Both the position numbers and the translations under genes were made by a program. Below are positions 1 to 7,711 of a stretch of 20,693 nucleotides of DNA, piece after piece; position 1 is the stretch's first letter, and each line of letters starts with the position of its first letter. The notes beneath the pieces are model-generated. The model was not told where the DNA came from. It was given only the letters and a program-made list of their open reading frames with translations, and searched no databases. Location: the IMG/VR virus record IMGVR_UViG_3300011223_000001, positions 248,001 through 268,693 of that record. The stretch is one strand, 5' to 3'. This DNA is from an uncultured virus (IMG/VR IMGVR_UViG_3300011223_000001) (taxonomy: Duplodnaviria; Heunggongvirae; Uroviricota; Caudoviricetes).

Positions 1-39
1 GCCAACTTCGACAAGTACTTCGTGCTTGACGAGGCTTAA
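1..39 (+). CDS. 3' end of an upstream gene (partial; ...ANFDKYFVLDEA*)
   Basis: Frame 1 is open from the window edge to TAA at 37-39 with coding-like codons; only 12 codons are visible. Confidence 0.55.
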   Translation, partial: ANFDKYFVLDEA

Positions 40-42
40 TGG

Positions 43-282
43 GTGAGGATGGTTGAGTATTACCGCCGCCTTATGAAACGGCTACTGAATCGTTGGGAAT
101 ACTGGCGTCTACTCGGTGAAATCGAGCGGAACGGTGGTGTTGTCAAAAATAAAGTGGCCACCTGCAAACAGTGTACGCCCGAGAAAACATGTCGTCCGGG
201 CAACTACTGTGCGTCTACGTCGAAGCTGTATCTTTACACGTGGCGTTTGCGCAGGCTGGACAATGAATATCGGCGGATTTAA
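43..282 (+). CDS. Hypothetical basic protein with a CxxC...C...C cluster (79 aa)
   Basis: GAGG at 31-34 precedes GTG 43; the ORF fills the gap between neighbours and contains CKQC..TC..YC. Confidence 0.6.
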   Translation: MRMVEYYRRLMKRLLNRWEYWRLLGEIERNGGVVKNKVATCKQCTPEKTCRPGNYCASTSKLYLYTWRLRRLDNEYRRI

Positions 283-296
283 TTGGAGCAATCCCC

Positions 297-695
297 ATGA
301 GCTACGATAACGATGATGATGTTGTAGTAGACCCGGAACTCGTAATGGAGGAACGGGACGAAGACGATGACGAGGAGATTCTGTCTCCTGCTGTGCAGAA
401 GATCCAAGAGCTTCAGACCGAGTTTGTGCAGGGCGTTCAGAAGGTTCTCGAACCACTGATCACCCAGAACCCAGAACACCGGGGCTCGATCGAAGCGACG
501 GCCGAAGGTATCCTTGGCCTGATCGAAGGTGGTGCTGACGATGGCTACCTGCTGGTCAAGCGCGAAGACGCCAACTTCGCCATGGTGCCCTGCGCCCGTG
601 AAGTGTACGAAGAGCACCTGCGTGACGATGTCGAGCCAACCGGTCTCGACCTCTCGCGCGGCCTGCTGGCGATGTTCGACGACGTTAACAGCTGA
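297..695 (+). CDS. Hypothetical acidic protein (132 aa)
   Basis: GGAG SD before ATG 297; strong codon bias; D/E-rich N-terminus; followed by a hairpin. Confidence 0.85.
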   Translation: MSYDNDDDVVVDPELVMEERDEDDDEEILSPAVQKIQELQTEFVQGVQKVLEPLITQNPEHRGSIEATAEGILGLIEGGADDGYLLVKREDANFAMVPCAREVYEEHLRDDVEPTGLDLSRGLLAMFDDVNS

Positions 696-703
696 CGGTA
701 TAC

Positions 704-731
704 GGCCAGCCCTTCGGGGCTGGCCTATGTC
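704..731 (+). terminator. Hairpin GGCCAGCCC-TTCG-GGGCTGGCC with TATGTC tail
   Basis: Perfect 9-bp stem with a UUCG loop just after the stop codon at 695. Confidence 0.75.
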
Positions 732-749
732 CCCTTTAAGGAGAAAGAC

Positions 750-1508
750 GTGTTTAAACGTGTAGTGTTGGAGAAGCGACACAATCGCTTAGGTAAAGAA
801 GAACAGATCCTAGCCAACGTGGCCAAGATCGCCAAGATCCCTGTGGTCACCACCTACGAGAAAACCGTAGCGCGTAACCATTTTATTTTTGAACCGACTG
901 ACCTCGTGGCAGGTAGCGTGGGCTTCATGCACCACGCCATGCGGGCTTTTGGCATCACGATACACCACAACCACCCCTACCCCGACGTGTTGGCTGATAT
1001 CATGCACCGTAAGGTGTTGCCGATTTACACGATGTACGATTTGCGCAAACACTTCACCCAAAAGGGTAGCCCAGTGTTTGTCAAACCCCTACAGACCAAA
1101 AAGTTCACCGGCTTTGTGGCTGACCAGATTGGTGATCCGCGTTTTAATGGGGCAGGGAACCAGACGAGCATCATCTGCACAGAGGTGGTGGAGTTCGTTC
1201 ACGAGTGGCGGGTGTATGTCGCCAAAGGGCGCGCGGTCAGTACGCAAAGCGTAACGCTGTTACATAACCGACCATGGTTCCCGAACCCAATCGTTGTTAA
1301 CGAACTGGTGGATCGGTTGAGCAACGCATTCGAGGGCGCCCCATTGGGTTATGCGTTGGATCTTGGTGTTCTGTCCAATGGCAAGCTGGCATTGGTGGAA
1401 ATCAACGATGGCTATTCGATTGGTGCTTATGGCAAGATGCTACCCAGTGACTACTGGGCGGTTATCGCAAACCGCTGGGCCCAACTCGTACAAGGAGCTA
1501 CAAAATGA
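750..1508 (+). CDS. ATP-grasp domain protein, R2K/DUF4343-like (252 aa)
   Basis: AAGGAG SD before GTG 750. Motifs VFVKP..KKFTG, EVVEF..EWRVYV, YALDLGV and LVEINDG match the ATP-grasp pattern (K, E-x-R, D, E-x-N). Confidence 0.8.
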   Translation: MFKRVVLEKRHNRLGKEEQILANVAKIAKIPVVTTYEKTVARNHFIFEPTDLVAGSVGFMHHAMRAFGITIHHNHPYPDVLADIMHRKVLPIYTMYDLRKHFTQKGSPVFVKPLQTKKFTGFVADQIGDPRFNGAGNQTSIICTEVVEFVHEWRVYVAKGRAVSTQSVTLLHNRPWFPNPIVVNELVDRLSNAFEGAPLGYALDLGVLSNGKLALVEINDGYSIGAYGKMLPSDYWAVIANRWAQLVQGATK

Positions 1509-2101
1509 CTGACCACCACACCGCTAACGAAAACAAGAAAACAACACTCGTGATCTTGAGTGGTATGGCCAACGTCGGGTTGATGGCCGATGCCCTCGAT
1601 CATTTCTTCTGGCACATGGGGGTGGATACGTTCAAATGCAAGATCCCAATGCAACCTGACCCAGCCGTAGTCCCTAAGGCCCACCACTGGGACGCGGTAC
1701 GTTTCGTTGTCCGCGAGCACCGTATCCTCGATCCGAGCTGTTCAGCACTAGGTCCTATGGTGGTACCCATGGTACTGGGCGCACGAGACAGCTATGAGTT
1801 CGTGATCTCCGTTGCCAGTCGCCACAAGGCTTTGGATGTTTTGGTGATCCATTCACTGGTGCAAGAGCTCAAGGATAAACTGGGTGTGCCTGAGCGGTGC
1901 ATTCATTTGGAGATGCTCTCCGCGTTTGGCGTACCTGGACCTGAAGAAGCAGTCGATCAAGTCAACCAAGGCGCCCTGAAAGAAACACGTATGGGTATCT
2001 TCTATAAAGGCCCAAGCGACCGCAGTGACTACCGCGACCTGCTGACGACCATGGGCGCCACCCCAAACGAATTCGAACTGTTAAACTGCGATCCTAAATA
2101 A
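1505..2101 (+). CDS. Hypothetical protein, divergent paralogue of 2828-3391 and 4923-5504 (P-loop degenerate)
   Basis: ATGA overlap with the ATP-grasp gene and an AAGGAG SD. Shares VRFVVREH and the C-terminal IFYKGP..RSDYRDLLTTMGAT block with the paralogues. Confidence 0.8.
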   Translation: MTDHHTANENKKTTLVILSGMANVGLMADALDHFFWHMGVDTFKCKIPMQPDPAVVPKAHHWDAVRFVVREHRILDPSCSALGPMVVPMVLGARDSYEFVISVASRHKALDVLVIHSLVQELKDKLGVPERCIHLEMLSAFGVPGPEEAVDQVNQGALKETRMGIFYKGPSDRSDYRDLLTTMGATPNEFELLNCDPK

Positions 2102-2110
2102 GGAGTGGTG

Positions 2111-2818
2111 ATGAGCACCAGTGTATATCCCGTAGTGGGTCGAGTGAAGCCAAGCTACGTACCGGAACTCGAACTCACCAGTACGGTGGACGGCGATCCG
2201 GTTAAAAGCCCAATGCTGCCGCCGGGTGAACCTACCCCGCCTGATGTTCAGCAACTGGTCCAAGGGTCTTTTGCCTCGGTAGGTGTTAAACATCCAGTGC
2301 AGAGTGACTTTGAGTTCTCGTACCCAGACAAAGAGTACCAGCCGGAACATCCGCAGAATGTCCTCACGCACATGTATAACAACTACGCGTTGTTTTCGTG
2401 GCTGTGTAATGTTCGAGGTGATAGCCAACCGCGCCTGGACTACAAGTTACGCCAAGAACGTACCGAAGCGTTCATCGACTGGATCGGTAACGAACCAGGG
2501 GTAACGTACGTCGACTTCGCAGATCACCAGCAGAAACACCCGAAGGAAACCCTGCGAGAGCACTACTTCGATGGGTTTGGTAATGCCATCATGTTCGGCC
2601 TCGACGAGCTGTTGGCGTTCAACTACGATGTCGTGGCCTGGGTGCAGGACGGGTACGACGGTGACAACCCGCGGTATCGCGAACACCCCGAAGGCAAGAC
2701 GTGGCGTGAGTTGTTCCATGGCGCGCCTGGCCGTGTAGCTGTTTCCCGTGGCTACTTCGAGTTTCTCGCGGAAGCTAAAGCGAAAGGTTGGGACTTCGTC
2801 ATTTTCTGTTTCGACTAA
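2111..2818 (+). CDS. Phage hypothetical protein (NY-x-LF-xx-L-x-NVR motif; C-terminal VIFCFD)
   Basis: AAGGAG SD before ATG 2111 (GTG 2105/2108 are alternatives). The motif resembles a widespread phage hypothetical family (recalled, not searched). Confidence 0.8.
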   Translation: MSTSVYPVVGRVKPSYVPELELTSTVDGDPVKSPMLPPGEPTPPDVQQLVQGSFASVGVKHPVQSDFEFSYPDKEYQPEHPQNVLTHMYNNYALFSWLCNVRGDSQPRLDYKLRQERTEAFIDWIGNEPGVTYVDFADHQQKHPKETLREHYFDGFGNAIMFGLDELLAFNYDVVAWVQDGYDGDNPRYREHPEGKTWRELFHGAPGRVAVSRGYFEFLAEAKAKGWDFVIFCFD

Positions 2819-2827
2819 GGAGTTATC

Positions 2828-3391
2828 ATGCAACCCAAAAAGATTTACTTGATCATCACTACCGCCCTCCCGATCCATGACGTGTTGATACCCAAACTCC
2901 ACGCTACTTTGGGTCAGTGCCCGAACATCACGACCACCACCGGTGCCGTCCCGCACCGGAGCTGCCGTGTTCCTTTCGGCATGTCTCCGGTTCAGTTCAT
3001 GGTCTCCGAGCATATATCTCGGGAAATGACGATTGTCAATGAAACCGGCCTGCGCTCAGAGAACGAAGTTGTGTTTGCACCTTACGTCGACAGTAGCCCA
3101 CACGCCGACACCGTACATTTGGCGGTATGTGGTGATGCCCACACTGGCAAAAGCGCTATCATGTCGGCCATCGAGCACACACTGCGTAAAGAATCCGGCC
3201 ACACGTTCCAAGTGGCGTCGGTCAAGCACGTCAGCTTGGACATCGGTACCGGTCCGTTCTCGGAAGCTAAAACCAAAGAGATCTTCGACCAACTGTCCCC
3301 AGTCGAAGTGATCATTCTGTGTCAGCGTCCCAAGGGCAACACGCGGCTTAATGCGGTACTGGCCCGTACGCCGGAGGTCATGGGCGCCTAA
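2828..3391 (+). CDS. Small P-loop-like protein (GDAHTGKS), paralogue family member
   Basis: AAGGAG SD; Walker A-like GxxxxGKS at 3131-3154 after the hydrophobic strand VHLAVC. Confidence 0.8.
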   Translation: MQPKKIYLIITTALPIHDVLIPKLHATLGQCPNITTTTGAVPHRSCRVPFGMSPVQFMVSEHISREMTIVNETGLRSENEVVFAPYVDSSPHADTVHLAVCGDAHTGKSAIMSAIEHTLRKESGHTFQVASVKHVSLDIGTGPFSEAKTKEIFDQLSPVEVIILCQRPKGNTRLNAVLARTPEVMGA

Positions 3392-3392
3392 A

Positions 3393-3457
3393 GCTCGGGT
3401 TTCCTGATGGTATGTCCGACTCAAAGCCAGCATGCCATCAGGTAGAGACCCATGAGC
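3393..3457 (+). promoter_or_regulatory. Hairpin sequestering the RBS and start codon, with a TATG late-promoter motif in its 5' arm
   Basis: CCTGATGGTATG (3403-3414) pairs with CATGCCATCAGG (3431-3442); GGGTTT (3397-3402) with AGACCC (3446-3451); GCTC (3393-96) with GAGC (3454-57). TATG is at 3411-3414. Confidence 0.65.
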
Positions 3458-3859
3458 CAAAAGATCAGTCAATATCCCATCACCCAGGTCTTAACCGGAG
3501 AGATCTGGTTAGAGATCATCCAACGGCAGTACGATGATGAAAAGTACACCCACCACCGCATTTCTCCTGAACAATTGGCCTCGTTTGCCACGGGGGTTAA
3601 GTTGGAATTAGGTCTGCTTACCTCACCGCATTTACCAATCGATGCAAATGGCTTGGCCGCTCTTCCCAAGAAGCCTTTGGGTGGGTTCTTTCTGGACATG
3701 GCGCAAGTGTACTTTGCAGACGGTAGTTTTGTTGAGGTCGTTGGGGTCAAGGTGGTGGGTATCGATGGCGTCTATTATGCCAAGCTGCCGGAAGAAGATC
3801 TACCCGAGTTGGAAGGGGTTGTGAGCCTTGTGGTTTCCTACCTAAGCGATCTTGTTTAA
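3452..3859 (+). CDS. Hypothetical protein (135 aa), probably late-expressed
   Basis: The ORF fills the gap before the fibre-like gene; its start lies inside the 3393-3457 hairpin. Confidence 0.75.
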   Translation: MSQKISQYPITQVLTGEIWLEIIQRQYDDEKYTHHRISPEQLASFATGVKLELGLLTSPHLPIDANGLAALPKKPLGGFFLDMAQVYFADGSFVEVVGVKVVGIDGVYYAKLPEEDLPELEGVVSLVVSYLSDLV

Positions 3860-3863
3860 GTAT

Positions 3864-3916
3864 ACTTCATGATATGTGACTGCTGTAGTTCCACAGCGCA
3901 CATCACCACATGGAGT
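3864..3916 (+). promoter_or_regulatory. Putative late promoter (GATATGTG, TATG 3873-3876) inside an anti-SD hairpin
   Basis: ACTTCATG (3864-3871) pairs with CATGGAGT (3909-3916, contains the SD). Inner stems ATGTG/CACAT and GCTGT/ACAGC. The same GATATGTG octamer precedes the - strand head genes. Confidence 0.6.
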
Positions 3917-3923
3917 CTGTAAC

Positions 3924-4832
3924 ATGTCTATCGTAAAACGTAATAAGAGCTCCATTTCTGGCCTGACCGCCGATTTGGCTGCCCTGTCCAAAGCCATCTC
4001 CGACGAAGCCACCGCCCGCGCCCAAGCGCTGGCTGATGAAGCATCCGCGCGTGGCGATGCCATCACCGTAGCATCCGACGCTGCCGTTCAGAAAAGCGCG
4101 AACCTTTCCGACCTCAGCGACACCGCTGTGGCCCGCACCAACCTCGGCGTCAAATCGGCTGCTGAAGTCACCGCTGAAATCAACCTGGCCAAACTGGCCG
4201 TGGGTACCAACTACAGCGTGGCTGACATCGCTGCCCGTGATGCCCTGACCGACCTCGACGTCAACGATCGCATCTTCGTGACCGACGACGGCGACACCAA
4301 GTGGGCCATCTACAAACCTACCGCTGTGGTTGACGGCGACGTCACCGGCTGGACCAAGCTGTACGATCAGGACGCGCTGAACAACGCCCTGTCCAGCCAA
4401 GCCATCAAAGCGGCCTACGAGTCCAACGACGACACCAACGCCTTCACCGACGCCGAGAAACAGCGCCTGATCAATGCCCTGGTTGCTGCTGACCTGGCTG
4501 GCGATCTGAGCGTTGCTGCACCTGCCGACAAGCCGGTCTCGGCTGCCGCGGTTAAAGCGTACGTCGACAGCAAAGAACAGGCCCCGAGCCTGTCGGTTGC
4601 TTCGGAAAGCGTGGTCGTTGCAGGCGATGACACCATCACCCTCAGCAACGCACCCGTCAACGGTGTGGCTGGGGGACTGAAATTCGGTATCGGGCGCCTG
4701 GGCGGTGGAGGAGGCATCGCTTACGATGCCCCGCTGATCGCTACCGCCACCCCGACTGTCTTCACCGTGTCGACCGATTCGGCCGGCCAGTGGGACGGTA
4801 AGAGCGTTCAGGTCCAGTACCTGCACGCGTAA
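3924..4832 (+). CDS. Virion structural protein, tail/head-fibre-like (302 aa)
   Basis: GGAG SD before ATG 3924. N-terminal coiled coil, then fibre-associated motifs KSANLSDL..ARTNLGV, VADIAARDAL, IKAAYESN.DTNAFTDAEK and DKPVSAAAVKAYVD. Very strong codon bias. Confidence 0.75.
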   Translation: MSIVKRNKSSISGLTADLAALSKAISDEATARAQALADEASARGDAITVASDAAVQKSANLSDLSDTAVARTNLGVKSAAEVTAEINLAKLAVGTNYSVADIAARDALTDLDVNDRIFVTDDGDTKWAIYKPTAVVDGDVTGWTKLYDQDALNNALSSQAIKAAYESNDDTNAFTDAEKQRLINALVAADLAGDLSVAAPADKPVSAAAVKAYVDSKEQAPSLSVASESVVVAGDDTITLSNAPVNGVAGGLKFGIGRLGGGGGIAYDAPLIATATPTVFTVSTDSAGQWDGKSVQVQYLHA

Positions 4833-4870
4833 GGCGTAAGCCCTCCCCTTCGGGGGAGGGTTTTATGCCG
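4833..4870 (+). terminator. Hairpin CCCTCCCC-TTCG-GGGGAGGG with TTTTATGCCG tail
   Basis: 8-bp stem at 4841-4860; the flanks GGCGTAA/TTATGCC extend it. Confidence 0.8.
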
Positions 4871-4922
4871 TCACAAAACTACATGCCTGTTCAATTCTTT
4901 ACAACCAACCAAGGAAAGTCCC

Positions 4923-5504
4923 ATGCAAGAGTCCGTTATTTACGTCGTAATTACCACCCATCTGCCGATCAATCGTCGGTTGTTGAGCCTGTTTACCGCG
5001 TCGTTACAGCAGCACCCTGGCCTCGAAATCTCCGCAGGTCCGGTACCGGGTACTCCGACGTTCGTCGACGATCCGTACGATCGCAGGAACATGCGTTTCG
5101 TGTTCAGTGAGCACATCGCGGCGATCGATCTCACCCTCATCGACGAGTCGGCGGCGAGCGAGTCGATGCGTAACCGCATTATGCCGGCTGTTCCAGATGC
5201 ACCTGTCGGTAAGCAGGTTCTGATCTCGGTTATCGGTCGCGTACACTGCGGTAAGACCGCCGTGATTCGTGAACTGGCCCGCGCATTGCGCCACGACGAT
5301 ATCAATGCCGGCAACATCACCCGTTACACACTCGACCACCCTGAAAGCGACCCTGCGCTTACCCCAGAAGAAAACGCAGCCTGTATCGCCAAGATGTCAG
5401 CTCGACGCATCGTCTTCTTGTTCCAGAAGCCGCGCCGTGAAACAGATCTGTCGGACCTGTTGATGCAGTGTGGCGCTACCAAGCAGCCATCGAAAGAAAC
5501 CTGA
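4923..5504 (+). CDS. Small P-loop-like protein (GRVHCGKT), paralogue of 2828-3391
   Basis: AAGGA SD; Walker A-like motif at 5235-5258. IYVVITTHLPI, FVFSEHI and FLFQKPR align with IYLIITTALPI, FMVSEHI and ILCQRPK. Confidence 0.85.
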   Translation: MQESVIYVVITTHLPINRRLLSLFTASLQQHPGLEISAGPVPGTPTFVDDPYDRRNMRFVFSEHIAAIDLTLIDESAASESMRNRIMPAVPDAPVGKQVLISVIGRVHCGKTAVIRELARALRHDDINAGNITRYTLDHPESDPALTPEENAACIAKMSARRIVFLFQKPRRETDLSDLLMQCGATKQPSKET

Positions 5505-5507
5505 AAC

Positions 5508-5526
5508 CTATATCACCCACGTGAAT
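5508..5526 (+). promoter_or_regulatory. Putative early promoter CTATATCAC-ccac-GTGAAT
   Basis: The intergenic motif recurs at 11849, 15701 and 20310 with the same spacing and resembles the phiKZ early TATATTAC motif. Confidence 0.7.
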
Positions 5527-5544
5527 TAACCTGAGTAAACTAGC

Positions 5545-5826
5545 ATGGCCCGCCTATCCAACAACGAACTGTCGGCACTGCCCGGCTTCTTCTACTACCC
5601 CCGTGACGTAGCGGGGTTGGAAGAACTTACTTTCGAACAACGCGGTGAGATTCGCACCAACCAGGGCCACTACATGATGCCCACATGGATGTGTGATCCG
5701 GCGATGCGGGCCGATGTTATTTGTGACTTCGATAATGCCCGCATCCCTACCCATCGCCGCCCGGGGACTGTAATCCCGACCTACGGCCATGTCCCCTTCG
5801 ACCTACGCGAGATCATTGAACTGTGA
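5545..5826 (+). CDS. Hypothetical protein (93 aa)
   Basis: Starts just downstream of the early promoter; GTGA overlap with the next ORF. Confidence 0.75.
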   Translation: MARLSNNELSALPGFFYYPRDVAGLEELTFEQRGEIRTNQGHYMMPTWMCDPAMRADVICDFDNARIPTHRRPGTVIPTYGHVPFDLREIIEL

Positions 5827-6200
5827 AGAAGAATAAAGTCTATTTCGGTAAGAAACACCTGACCCACAAAGAAGGTCGTCATAACGGCAAGTTCGTGGTG
5901 CCTCGTATGTTCCACCGCTACTTCACTTTGCGACATATGTTGGCTCGATGGTCAGCCATACTGAAAATGGCCTGTAATAGCAGTAGTGGTGCACGGGGCC
6001 ACAACATGCATGTCAGTTCTGAAGACTTCCGTAAAATGGTCCTGTATCGTCGCCGTATCGGTATGACCCTACATTACCACCTCGGGGTGTCGCGGATGCA
6101 GGTGCTGCTAGACGACATCACCGCATGTCGCGACAAACAAGCCAAGCAAGATGCGTTTGTTCGCGAAGTAGCCACCCAATGCCGGGTGCATCCAAAATGA
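5823..6200 (+). CDS. Hypothetical basic protein (125 aa)
   Basis: Coupled at both ends by GTGA/ATGA overlaps; K/R/H-rich. Confidence 0.7.
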   Translation: MKKNKVYFGKKHLTHKEGRHNGKFVVPRMFHRYFTLRHMLARWSAILKMACNSSSGARGHNMHVSSEDFRKMVLYRRRIGMTLHYHLGVSRMQVLLDDITACRDKQAKQDAFVREVATQCRVHPK

Positions 6201-6802
6201 CAACAATCGCCTGGGATGGCGATAACCTCGCCAGCGATAGTCAGGCTACGCGTGATTTCGCAGGTACGGGTCATTGCGAACATTGTGATGGTAGGCTCCG
6301 TTACATAGTGACCCATTACAGCAAGATCTTGGCCCCGAGTTTCAAGGAGGAGATCTTCTTCAAAGAGCAACGTGTACTCGCGGTGGCTGGTGCGGGTGAC
6401 GCCGGTATGGCCGGCTTGTACCGTAATGGCATCCTGAACGGTGTTGCACTCAAGGTCATTCACCACATGGCTTATGAGACACACAAGAACAAGTCCCGCT
6501 GCCCAACCGCTGTCTTGTTGGTGGTGACAACTGAATCGGTATGGGAAGTTGAACACACGAGACCCCAGGCCAAGGTCAAAGAAATTACACAGGTACCCTA
6601 TGCAATAGGTTCCGGCGCACCAGCAGCATTGCTAGCCATGAAACGCCTTGGCTTGACGGCCATGGCTGCCGTAGCCTGTGCAATCGATGTCGACAAGTAC
6701 AGTGGCGGTGCGGTCAATTATCTCTCTTGCCGTGGCGACTCTGATGCGAAAATAGAAGCATACACCTACACCCCCGAAGACATCGCCGAACTCTTCCAAT
6801 AA
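6197..6802 (+). CDS. HslV/proteasome-beta-like Ntn-hydrolase peptidase (201 aa)
   Basis: Start reassigned to ATG 6197 (ATGA overlap), giving M-TTIAWDG..ASDSQ. Also YSKI, AGAGDAG, YAIGSG and DKYSGG, which match the Thr1/Asp/Lys/GSG/D..SGG pattern. Confidence 0.8.
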   Translation: MTTIAWDGDNLASDSQATRDFAGTGHCEHCDGRLRYIVTHYSKILAPSFKEEIFFKEQRVLAVAGAGDAGMAGLYRNGILNGVALKVIHHMAYETHKNKSRCPTAVLLVVTTESVWEVEHTRPQAKVKEITQVPYAIGSGAPAALLAMKRLGLTAMAAVACAIDVDKYSGGAVNYLSCRGDSDAKIEAYTYTPEDIAELFQ

Positions 6803-6806
6803 CCCA

Positions 6807-6835
6807 TCCTCCCCGTAGGGAGGGTTTATTATGTC
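6807..6835 (+). terminator. Hairpin TCCTCCC-CGTA-GGGAGGG with TTTATTATGTC tail
   Basis: Stem-loop immediately after the stop codon at 6802. Confidence 0.7.
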
Positions 6836-6858
6836 TCTCTCCTTTAAAGGAAAAACAC

Positions 6859-7632
6859 ATGAACAATCAAGCTGCTGGTTTTCTCGGTGAATATGCACCG
6901 TTCTACTGGGCTATTTGCACAGCCACTCATAAGACCATCGAGGTCGATGCACAAGACATCTTCGATGCCGCGGTGGTTCAGCCACGCCTGACCAAGGCGC
7001 AGGTGGAAGTTTATGTCAACCTACTGTGGGAACGTGCTCCTCATCTGAACTACGCCCAAGCCCAGAAACACATCTTCCGCATTCTGGGGTACCGCAGTTC
7101 GGGACTGGCCTGCGCGATCCGGCTGAAGTACACACAGCTGCATCAACTCAGTGAATTGACTTACCCGAACATGTGGTACGAGTTCCTGTATGTACAGCTG
7201 CAAGATTCAGTGTTCGGCATGGCGCCGTACAGTAACGATGAGTGCAGCCTGCACTACCTAGAATTCATCTACGAGCCGCGTCTGCGCAACCTGCTGACTC
7301 ACGACGGTATCCCGGATGACCTTGACGACGCGTTCTTGACGCTACTCAACATCAGTCAACAGAAAACGATGTCCATCCCCATGGCCCGCACTATGGCTAC
7401 CCAGGTGGCCCATGAGCTGGACAACCGCGTCTGTGGCAGTACGGCCTTGAACCTGGTGGCAATCGCACTGGGCTATAAAACTTGGGTGGTGGCCATGGCG
7501 CAGCGTAAGGATGATTACATCCCCAACCTGCGCCTGCCGTCACGCTTTGCACCCCTACCAGCCGAGGCTGACCCTTGGTTGGACATCCCCACTTCTAAAC
7601 CTGTGCCTCCAAAACACGAGGCGCGTGTCTGA
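6859..7632 (+). CDS. Hypothetical protein with two A-xxx-[IV]-xxx-LGY helical repeats (Glyoxalase_8-like) (257 aa)
   Basis: AAGGA SD; AQKHIFRILGYRS and ALNLVAIALGYKTW segments. Confidence 0.75.
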   Translation: MNNQAAGFLGEYAPFYWAICTATHKTIEVDAQDIFDAAVVQPRLTKAQVEVYVNLLWERAPHLNYAQAQKHIFRILGYRSSGLACAIRLKYTQLHQLSELTYPNMWYEFLYVQLQDSVFGMAPYSNDECSLHYLEFIYEPRLRNLLTHDGIPDDLDDAFLTLLNISQQKTMSIPMARTMATQVAHELDNRVCGSTALNLVAIALGYKTWVVAMAQRKDDYIPNLRLPSRFAPLPAEADPWLDIPTSKPVPPKHEARV

Positions 7633-7711
7633 GAAGAAATACCTCCCAAGGTATTGTGTGTAGAATTACCGACTTTCAAAACAAACCCAACCAAAACGAT
7701 AAGGTGTTTCC

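Noticed and set aside
1505..3859. Four consecutive genes in the same reading frame (possible read-through or recoded polyprotein)
   Set aside because: The first three have their own AAGGAG SD and start codon, the TAA stops are used normally, and ligA reads intact in the standard code.
3903..4826. 307-aa - strand ORF
   Set aside because: Antisense mirror of the strongly biased fibre-like gene.
4671..4832. Diversity-generating retroelement variable region
   Set aside because: No template repeat or reverse transcriptase in the window, and the apparent changes look T>G rather than adenine-specific.
6125..6196. Longer start for the Ntn peptidase
   Set aside because: It overlaps the upstream gene; ATG 6197 gives an ATGA coupling and the required N-terminal Thr.
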